Source: a virus
Lineage: Duplodnaviria > Caudoviricetes
DNA: 31,137 bases
Reading direction: 5' to 3' (one strand)
Virus record (IMG/VR): IMGVR_UViG_3300011339_000426
Span: 1 to 31,137 of that record
Part shown: positions 25,184-31,137 of the stretch, in pieces
Position numbering within the stretch: the first letter of the stretch is position 1
Layout: the number at the start of each line of letters is the position of its first letter
The notes under the pieces: model-generated
What the model was told of the DNA's origin: nothing
The model's input: only the letters and a program-made list of their open reading frames with translations
The model's database searches: none
Position numbers and translations under genes: made by a program

Positions 25184-26362
25184 TTAAACTTCGACACGAA
25201 TCGTTGTGCCGAATGGTGCAACTACATCGGATGTGATAGCCCACAAGGTAGGCACATCGGTGTTACCCCAATCACCTACATAGCCATCGGTAAACTGCAC
25301 GATAGCGTCAGGCTTGATATTGTTGTCACGCAAGTAGTCGAACAAGACCTTGCCGTCTGTACCACCACCGCCCTTGGGTTGCATGTTGGCTACGGCAAAC
25401 TGACCTTCCTCAAATGTCTGATGCCCTGCTACCTCAGTGTCCCAATAGATAACGTGTACCTTGGTTGGCTTAACATCCTCGATGATGGTCTTGATGTTGG
25501 ACACGAACGCAGTCATCTCATCGCCACCGAAACATGACCCCGACGTGTCGAACCCGATGACAAGCTCTGTCATAGTAGTCCCCACCATAGAAGGCATGTA
25601 AACGTCGTAGCTCAAGAACCTACGATTGGGCTTACGCCAAGATGATTCGTCACGACCTGCGCATGTCTCAGTAACGAAGTCACGCAAGACTTTCTTCCAG
25701 TCGATCTTGGGTTGCATCAAGTCACCGAACACACCATCCTCACCGCCTGCACCCTTGCCCTGCATCTTGCGACGAATGATCTCGCCCTGACGAATGGCTC
25801 GTTGAATCTCATTGCCACGCTCGGCATCAGTAGCAGGGTCACCGCTTGTTGCGTTTTCCCAATCGTGAGAGTCAATACCACCCTCGCCCTCACCATCGCC
25901 ACCTTCACCACCCCCGCCTTCCTCTTGCTCTTGCTTGAGGTGTTCGAAGATTTGCTTGACTGACCACCCACGATACTTAGCATCAGGTTGCACACCCAAC
26001 TCGGGCATCTTGATGAACCCTTCGCCTGCATCTGTATCGACTAAGGATAAGTTAACGAAGTGATCTGCTGCGATGTTAGCCAACTGAGCATCCTCGTCAT
26101 GCAATGCAGACCATACTTGCAAGTGACGATAGGCTTTGTGTTGTGCCTCATGCAATACGAGGAAGCGTAACTCGGGGTCAGTCTTCATGTGTTGCTCAAT
26201 GAAGCTAGGGTTGTAGATAACATCCCAACCGTTAGTAGCTGCGGTAGGTACGTCGTCATTTACCTTGACCTTGCCACATGCGAGGATACTGCCGTATGCG
26301 CAGAACACCTTGTGTTGCATGATAGCGATGTGTGCTTTCTTGATTCGATCTTGTACGTTCAT
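25184..26362 (-). CDS. DUF2201-family protein: HExxH metallopeptidase-like N-terminus plus VWA-like C-terminus
   Basis: TAATNG, LHEAQH, NIAAD; acidic Gly linker; MIDAS DTSGS, GGGT and FTDG. Confidence 0.9.
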   Translation of the reverse strand: MNVQDRIKKAHIAIMQHKVFCAYGSILACGKVKVNDDVPTAATNGWDVIYNPSFIEQHMKTDPELRFLVLHEAQHKAYRHLQVWSALHDEDAQLANIAADHFVNLSLVDTDAGEGFIKMPELGVQPDAKYRGWSVKQIFEHLKQEQEEGGGGEGGDGEGEGGIDSHDWENATSGDPATDAERGNEIQRAIRQGEIIRRKMQGKGAGGEDGVFGDLMQPKIDWKKVLRDFVTETCAGRDESSWRKPNRRFLSYDVYMPSMVGTTMTELVIGFDTSGSCFGGDEMTAFVSNIKTIIEDVKPTKVHVIYWDTEVAGHQTFEEGQFAVANMQPKGGGGTDGKVLFDYLRDNNIKPDAIVQFTDGYVGDWGNTDVPTLWAITSDVVAPFGTTIRVEV

Positions 26363-26367
26363 TTGAT

Positions 26368-26395
26368 TTCTCCAAAAGTTCTAAGGTTAGAAGTT
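26368..26395. repeat. Palindrome copy 4 within the 28-bp direct repeat
   Basis: Exact 28-mer; contains the TAA stop (26387-26389) of the upstream gene. Confidence 0.97.
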
Positions 26396-26986
26396 ATGAT
26401 CCATTGGGATGAGGAACTCTCGGTTCTCATCTAGTAGCGAAGCTATGCGCTCAGCCATTGCTATCTCGTCGGAGGTTCGCAGTGTAAGGAACAGATCAAC
26501 TACCTGTTCCCGTAGTGGTTTGTTGCGGATGATGAGTGAGTAGTGATTACTACCACCCACCTCTTTGATGCGTTGCTTGTTGGTATCAAAGGTTTCGTCA
26601 ACACGTTTTACAAACTCTTCGTATGTGATCTTGTAGTAATTCTTTTTCTCTTCCTCGAAGTTCATCTTAGTCAATGCGCAGTCAGCTTCGAGCAGACCAG
26701 TCATCTCATCCTTCATAGCCTGAGGTATAACCCGTGGTGATTGAAAAGATACATACGGTCCATGCTCGGGCTTAGCAAATGTCACAGGCGTTTCACCCGC
26801 TAGCTTAAAGATAAGTCCACGCACTTGTTTAGTCTTGCTTGACCACCCACCGCTATGCTTGCCTGACGCAATGCTCTTGCGAGCAAGGTTGCGTAGCGAC
26901 TTAGTTAAACGAGTTGGATTAAAGTATGCCGTGGTGACTACACCGGGGGACTGCAGTTGTCTTGCTAATGCGTACATGTTGCTCAT
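26387..26986 (-). CDS. Hypothetical protein
   Basis: AAGGA SD before MSNMY at 26986; ATGA-coupled; 199 aa. Confidence 0.75.
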   Translation of the reverse strand: MSNMYALARQLQSPGVVTTAYFNPTRLTKSLRNLARKSIASGKHSGGWSSKTKQVRGLIFKLAGETPVTFAKPEHGPYVSFQSPRVIPQAMKDEMTGLLEADCALTKMNFEEEKKNYYKITYEEFVKRVDETFDTNKQRIKEVGGSNHYSLIIRNKPLREQVVDLFLTLRTSDEIAMAERIASLLDENREFLIPMDHNF

Positions 26987-27159
26987 GATGGTTTCCTTAG
27001 TTTGTTTAGTAATGCGGTTTGTAAATTCCATGCGTCATTTGACTGCACATGGTTAGGTAGTGGGCGTTGGTATGCCTTGCCGATACGATTGGGATGCCAA
27101 TCTTTTTTGATGACGACGATGGTCTGCCCGTTAGATGTTCGTTCTACGATAAGCATCAT
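26983..27159 (-). CDS. Hypothetical 58-aa protein
   Basis: GGAG SD before MMLIVE at 27159; coupled on both sides. Confidence 0.65.
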   Translation of the reverse strand: MMLIVERTSNGQTIVVIKKDWHPNRIGKAYQRPLPNHVQSNDAWNLQTALLNKLRKPS

Positions 27160-27245
27160 GGTCTCCAGTAGTAGAGGTCGAGGACTAGCACAATAATGGC
27201 TAGGGCTAAGATCAAACGCTCGAAGCGTTCCCAAGGTGTAAACAT
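27156..27245 (-). CDS. 29-aa single-pass membrane peptide (not in ORF track)
   Basis: MFTPWERFERLILALAIIVLVLDLYYWRP*; stop overlaps the next ATG (ATGA). Confidence 0.65.
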   Translation of the reverse strand: MFTPWERFERLILALAIIVLVLDLYYWRP

Positions 27246-27249
27246 AATG

Positions 27250-27263
27250 TTCTAACCTTAGAA
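27250..27263. repeat. Palindrome copy 5 (flipped centre, gene junction)
   Basis: TTCTAACCTTAGAA on + strand; contains the AAA gene stop (27258-27260). Confidence 0.9.
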
Positions 27264-28325
27264 GAATTTACCAAGCTTGGCTGCTTGTGTTGTGAACTTA
27301 CGGCTGTGACATGCCATGCCTACCTTGGCTTTGTTGGATGCCAATGAGGTAATGAACAAGGCGTGTGCCTCGAACGATTCGTTAGCCATGCGGTCAGAGT
27401 AGTCCATCACTGCGTCGATAGTCTTAGCATCGACACGGGCTGCCAACATAAAGGACAAGATAAACAATGCACCGGCACTGCTTGGAACCTTGGCTTTGTA
27501 TGGTTCTCTGACGATGTTCTCGAACAAGGGCAACTGATCTGCCAAGTGAATGAGTGCATCCATATCCCTAGCTGCTGCTTCGCCAACAGTACCCGCCAAT
27601 GCAGGCAACAAGGCATCACCCAATACATGACGCATCTTGATAAGGTTAGATGCTTTCTCGAGTGAACGAGGCGAGCAGTATGCCTTCACGTTGCCCGTCA
27701 ATGGGTTGAAGATGTAGGGGTTCTTAGCCTTGGGGTCGAGGTCGGTGTAGCAGTCGAATATCTGTGGGTACTGCTTGGCAAATGCCATCACCTCGGGGGC
27801 TATGTCGTTGTCGGATGCCCACTCGAGCCATTGCTCGACAGTTGGGTTGGCTAGGTTCACGACAGTCATGCGGTTATAGGCATGGGCAGGGATGTTGTCA
27901 CCCACGCCATCTGTATCTAGGTTGGTCGTTGCAAATACAATCGAGCCAGTCGGTAGAAGCACATCACCTACACGATGCTCGAGGACAGTCGGCAACAACA
28001 TGTTCATCACTGGTCGCAGTGATTTACCCAACTCGTCGAGCATTAGCGCAACAGGGCGGGTTTGATTTCGACCGATACCGAAGCGCACATTGGGTGCGTA
28101 CGATGTGGTCATGTTCTCTCGGTCAATGACAGGCATAGCCAAGTCACCGAGGTCTAAGTTTGCACAGTCGATGTAGCACATCTGATAATCAGGTAGCTCT
28201 CTACCTAGTGTCGCAAGGATGGACGATTTGCCCACACCCGGCTGACCACGCAGTAGGACTGTGTTTGTTGTACCCACATTACGAATGAGGGTCGTTGCTT
28301 GTTTGAGATTGATAGACAAGTTCAT
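27258..28325 (-). CDS. MoxR-like AAA+ ATPase
   Basis: Walker A GQPGVGKS, Walker B LMLDE, ATTN sensor 1, NR arginine finger, SPRS sensor 2. Confidence 0.9.
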   Translation of the reverse strand: MNLSINLKQATTLIRNVGTTNTVLLRGQPGVGKSSILATLGRELPDYQMCYIDCANLDLGDLAMPVIDRENMTTSYAPNVRFGIGRNQTRPVALMLDELGKSLRPVMNMLLPTVLEHRVGDVLLPTGSIVFATTNLDTDGVGDNIPAHAYNRMTVVNLANPTVEQWLEWASDNDIAPEVMAFAKQYPQIFDCYTDLDPKAKNPYIFNPLTGNVKAYCSPRSLEKASNLIKMRHVLGDALLPALAGTVGEAAARDMDALIHLADQLPLFENIVREPYKAKVPSSAGALFILSFMLAARVDAKTIDAVMDYSDRMANESFEAHALFITSLASNKAKVGMACHSRKFTTQAAKLGKFF

Positions 28326-28348
28326 TTTGATTTCCAGTTGATTAAAAG

Positions 28349-28362
28349 TTCTAAGGTTAGAA
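28349..28362. repeat. Palindrome copy 6 (intergenic, upstream of AAA gene)
   Basis: AAAAG TTCTAAGGTTAGAA GTTT. Confidence 0.95.
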
Positions 28363-28389
28363 GTTTACTTAAATAGGCTTTCGCCATGC

Positions 28390-29148
28390 TTACAAGACAT
28401 AGGTCTCAGAGCGAGACACAATGTACATGTTCTTTTTGCAAGCAGCCATGATGGTTGCCCAACACGCTTTTGCATTTGATTTCTCTACATACTGGTACTG
28501 CGGGTATGCGTACTCACGTTGGAATTTACTGCGAGCGATCACCATCTTCCATGTGTCGGCTCGGCTGTTGTCAGTTAGTGCATCGGGTAGTTTTACACCA
28601 AACATCCCGTAGTTATCTTTCTCCATATCATCGGGTGTAGCTACGGCATACAGTAGCTTGAACGCATCGGTGAACCCTGACTCTTTTAAGTCATCGGCAA
28701 ATGCTTTGGTCTCGACTTTATCGACACGCTTTTGCTCGAACGCTCGAAGTGGCGTGATGACTTCGCCTTGGTCATTGAGTGTGATGCCGTCATAGTACGA
28801 ATAGAGTTTAACGCCCACACGAAGCACAGGTTGTGAGTAGCTCAAGATGCTACGTTTGCCCATGCCCACGCCCACACCCTCAAAGAAACCAAACGCTTCA
28901 TTGAGGCGGATGATCGTGGTGTTGTGTGTGTAGTATCCGTTGGTGTCAATCTTCACATCGCCATTGGGGTAAGCGGTAATGATGTCGGTACTCCACATGC
29001 GGATGCGCATGGTGTCGTCGTTACCCTTGACTACACGAAAGTGGCACATGCTACGTTGATGCGCATTGGCAGGGGCATCGCCCTTGTTCTTGCCACGCTT
29101 ATACATGTGACGTGTCAAGTGCATTGAAAGTTTTGTGTACATGTTCAT
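28390..29148 (-). CDS. Hypothetical early protein
   Basis: 252 aa; SD supplied by the 28-bp repeat. Confidence 0.8.
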   Translation of the reverse strand: MNMYTKLSMHLTRHMYKRGKNKGDAPANAHQRSMCHFRVVKGNDDTMRIRMWSTDIITAYPNGDVKIDTNGYYTHNTTIIRLNEAFGFFEGVGVGMGKRSILSYSQPVLRVGVKLYSYYDGITLNDQGEVITPLRAFEQKRVDKVETKAFADDLKESGFTDAFKLLYAVATPDDMEKDNYGMFGVKLPDALTDNSRADTWKMVIARSKFQREYAYPQYQYVEKSNAKACWATIMAACKKNMYIVSRSETYVL

Positions 29149-29153
29149 TGTGT

Positions 29154-29181
29154 TTCTCCAAAAGTTCTAAGGTTAGAAGTT
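29154..29181. repeat. Palindrome copy 7 within the 28-bp direct repeat
   Basis: Exact 28-mer overlapping the upstream stop at 29180-29182. Confidence 0.97.
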
Positions 29182-29398
29182 ATCTGCCACCCTTGTGGCT
29201 TGAGTTGAGGTTGAGTAAGAGAGTGCGGTCAGTCACTACGATGTAGTTGGACTTAGGCATAGGCACGATGGTGTGTTTAACCTTGCGTGCTTCGCTTTCA
29301 CCACATGCTAGGCATGTGGGTCGTGTCATGTGTTTGCGTTGGGGTTCGACCCTCACGGCATAACAACAAGTGCAAATCGGTAAGTGATAGTGGCTCAT
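29180..29398 (-). CDS. Small C4 zinc-finger protein (DksA/TraR-like spacing)
   Basis: CTCC...VEPQR......TCLACGE. Confidence 0.6.
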   Translation of the reverse strand: MSHYHLPICTCCYAVRVEPQRKHMTRPTCLACGESEARKVKHTIVPMPKSNYIVVTDRTLLLNLNSSHKGGR

Positions 29399-29501
29399 GA
29401 TGTGTCCTTACAATTTGTCTAGCATCTATACGGCTTGCGAACCAACGGCTAAGCCGTTGACATTCGTACCCTTCCATCTCATCTTGAAGTAGGCGGTTCA
29501 T
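29298..29501 (-). CDS. Hypothetical protein
   Basis: ATGA-coupled to the upstream gene; 3' end overlaps the next gene by about 100 nt. Confidence 0.5.
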   Translation of the reverse strand: MNRLLQDEMEGYECQRLSRWFASRIDARQIVRTHHEPLSLTDLHLLLCREGRTPTQTHDTTHMPSMW

Positions 29502-29737
29502 TCGATCACCACCACACGACGAATGGGTTCGTCTTCGTCATCTTCAGGCTCGTCGAGGTCACGCTCATACAAGCGGTCGGTCTGGTGATACTCAGACTTC
29601 TGCACCGTACCTTGAAAGGTTCGGGCTACCCTTGGGGCTAGCGTTGTACGCCAGTAGTCGCCTGCCCCGTATGCCATGTGTACTTCGGCATCACCGTCGT
29701 AGCACTCCAGTTCTGCGATTAGTTCGGACACTTTCAT
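29498..29737 (-). CDS. Hypothetical acidic protein (MKVSELI N-terminus)
   Basis: GGAG SD; 79 aa. Confidence 0.75.
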   Translation of the reverse strand: MKVSELIAELECYDGDAEVHMAYGAGDYWRTTLAPRVARTFQGTVQKSEYHQTDRLYERDLDEPEDDEDEPIRRVVVIE

Positions 29738-29763
29738 ATCATTCTCCAGTTATGGTTAGGTGT

Positions 29764-29979
29764 TTAGATAAAGTCAATAGCGTATTCGTTACCAGCTTCG
29801 CTTAGCTGCAGTTCACACAACACGACACTCTTGAGTGCCTGCATCATGCGGTAAACATCAAGTGCTTTAAATTGGTCTGCGTTCTTGATGAATAGTGTGC
29901 CGTATGCGAAGTACGCATTGTCGGCAATGTCAGAGTTAACTTCCTCGATTCGTTTTAGTACAACGGTTTCAAGTCCCAT
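29764..29979 (-). CDS. Hypothetical 71-aa protein, first gene after the long leader
   Basis: Start MGLETVV at 29979, directly after the repeat-borne GGAG. Confidence 0.7.
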   Translation of the reverse strand: MGLETVVLKRIEEVNSDIADNAYFAYGTLFIKNADQFKALDVYRMMQALKSVVLCELQLSEAGNEYAIDFI

Positions 29980-29983
29980 GGTT

Positions 29984-30011
29984 TTCTCCAAAAGTTCTAA
30001 GGTTAGAAGTT
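29984..30011. repeat. Palindrome copy 8 within the 28-bp direct repeat
   Basis: Exact 28-mer. Confidence 0.97.
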
Positions 30012-30496
30012 TGGTGCGGTATGCACCCAAGAGGGGACAGTATCCCCTCCCAGTTGAATACAACTTGTTGACACGGCTGATGCCGTGAGTAGTGCGTCGC
30101 TTTTGATTTGGCTTTTTTACTACGATAGGGTTTGTCGTTCACGTATATCCTGACCCGTGTCAGTCCGTGTTCCCGTGGTTGTCTTAGCGGTAGCATCCCG
30201 AGGTGCTACATAAACTCCACTTAGCAGGCATGTATGTTTGCATACATAACCCGCACCCATTTAGGTAGTGTGCGTATGCTTTGCATTTAGGTGTTCTATG
30301 TCGCTGACACTTGCCTATAACCCTACTAACCTAAATACTGGGGCTTGTACCCAACGTCTATTCAAACGAGGAAGAATTCATGACCTGCACTTTGGGGAGT
30401 CTTAGTGCCTCTATTTTTGGCGGGTCTGCATCTATCGAGCTTCTGTTATGTAAACAGCGACGGCTTGCGGTGATTGTGTGTGGTTGCTAGTCACAA

Positions 30497-30516
30497 AAGT
30501 TCTAAGGTTAGAACTT
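30497..30516. repeat. Palindrome copy 9, fully symmetric 9-2-9 version
   Basis: AAGTTCTAA-GG-TTAGAACTT, about 100 bp downstream of the strong promoter. Confidence 0.95.
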
Positions 30517-30539
30517 ACACAAAAACCTCTGTGTATATA

Positions 30540-30552
30540 TTGTTAAAGAACG
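30540..30552 (-). promoter_or_regulatory. boxA-like antitermination element
   Basis: Minus strand CGTTCTTTAACAA versus the rrn boxA consensus TGCTCTTTAACA; preceded by hairpins. Confidence 0.6.
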
Positions 30553-30614
30553 ATGCGACCGATAGGTGTAGGTGGTGCGCTACAAGCCGAGGCGTTACTC
30601 GACTTGATAAATCA

Positions 30615-30643
30615 ATTATAACAGATTATAGGTATCTTGTCAA
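30615..30643 (-). promoter_or_regulatory. Strong sigma70 early promoter TTGACA-17-TATAAT with extended -10
   Basis: Minus strand TTGACA AGATACCTATAATCTGT TATAAT; TGn present. Confidence 0.9.
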
Positions 30644-30648
30644 GCGTT

Positions 30649-31137
30649 TTATAGTCCGTCTACCTCATCCCAGTCCTTCAAGATTTCGGCGGTTTTTGCC
30701 ACGACTTCGGGGTTTCGCTTGGGGTCGTTCTTCTTTCCCTGTGCGACGATCTGATGCACTCTGATCTCTGAGATGCCGTAGTCTTGGGCGAGTTGTTTTC
30801 TTTTGACCCCGAGCATCGCCCTGCGGTATACATCTGCATCTCGTTCGGCACGAAGTTTCTTCATGGGGATCATGGCTTCGACTCGTGGGGCTTTCTCGTC
30901 TAATACTTTGATGATGGCTTTCTTGATGGCGGAGTGTTGACTCATGCCGTGGGAGACTGCATAACCTTGGGCGATGTTGAGGTGCTTGGTTCCGATCTTG
31001 AGCCAGAGTTGTAGTGCTGCAACTGCAGCCCCTTCTAAGCCATCTTCGTGGGTTTGTGCCAAGTCGTCTGCAACGGAGAGGGGCAGTTCAATGGTGAGGG
31101 AGTGGGTTTGGAAGCTTGCGGTGGTGGAGGTTGTCAT
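30649..31137 (-). CDS. Putative transcriptional regulator with a Mor/C-like C-terminal HTH (start at window edge, may extend)
   Basis: ERDADVYRRAMLGVKRKQLAQDYGISEIRVHQIV matches the Mor-type HTH pattern. Confidence 0.7.
   Translation of the reverse strand: MTTSTTASFQTHSLTIELPLSVADDLAQTHEDGLEGAAVAALQLWLKIGTKHLNIAQGYAVSHGMSQHSAIKKAIIKVLDEKAPRVEAMIPMKKLRAERDADVYRRAMLGVKRKQLAQDYGISEIRVHQIVAQGKKNDPKRNPEVVAKTAEILKDWDEVDGL

Larger units (their letters stand above)
1..31137. mobile_element. Tailed dsDNA bacteriophage genome segment (podovirus-like: ejection-protein arm convergent with early/replication arm)
   Basis: Dense, ATGA-coupled genes; phage-type PolA, primase-helicase, VRR-NUC, DUF3310-like, Cas4-like nuclease and large polyvalent protein; no host housekeeping genes in the window. 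Confidence 0.95.

Noticed and set aside
29742-29765. Possible degenerate tenth repeat (TTCTCCAGTTATGGTTAGG) at a gene junction
   Set aside because: It shares only the SD complement and GGTTAG; dyad symmetry is lost, so it was not counted.
24497-30011. Integron attC/cassette interpretation (TAAC near stop codons, GTTAG)
   Set aside because: The sites do not fit RYYYAAC...GTTRRRY, lack the long attC hairpin, and no tyrosine recombinase is in the window.
24783-30063. Shared KLLTLELLE peptide in the track's N-terminal extensions (24783-25244, 29764-30063)
   Set aside because: It is simply the translation of the DNA repeat; the better starts (25151, 29979) lie just downstream of the repeat's SD.
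12951-30209. GTAGCA/TGCTAC hexamer recurring in three hairpins (12954, 16220, 30190)
   Set aside because: It is only 6 nt and occupies different structural positions (loop versus stem), consistent with chance.
30012-30496. tRNA in the non-coding tract
   Set aside because: No cloverleaf with a T-loop GTTC consensus and acceptor stem was found by eye.
24497-30513. CRISPR array interpretation of the 28-bp palindromic repeats
   Set aside because: Intervals are 0.5-1.2 kb and contain whole genes rather than 25-45 nt spacers; no cas operon is present.

Overview
This window is about 31 kb of a tailed dsDNA phage genome with a podovirus-like layout; no capsid, terminase, integrase, tRNA or CRISPR is visible. 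The + strand arm (1-9814) holds three probable internal-virion/ejection genes, ending in a 2112-aa large polyvalent protein with an HExxH peptidase motif. The - strand arm (9811-31137) runs from a consensus sigma70 promoter at 30615-30643 through a small-gene early region (including MoxR-like AAA, DUF2201/VWA and DUF3150-like genes) into a replication block (VRR-NUC, family A polymerase, Cas4-like nuclease, HNH, SNF2 helicase, SSB-like, HTH, primase/DUF927 helicase). The strongest unexplained signal is nine copies of the palindrome TTCTAA-(GG/CC)-TTAGAA between 22705 and 30513, five of them sitting exactly in stop codon-palindrome-start codon junctions, and four embedded in an identical 28-bp repeat that includes the ribosome-binding site. 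Other signals are an overprinted gene inside the giant protein, a loop-E-like structured leader RNA, an rrn-type boxA leader paired with internal terminators, and several sub-60-aa ORFs missed by the ORF track, one carrying a QLNLF clamp-binding motif. Family names come from motif recognition by eye, not from database searches.
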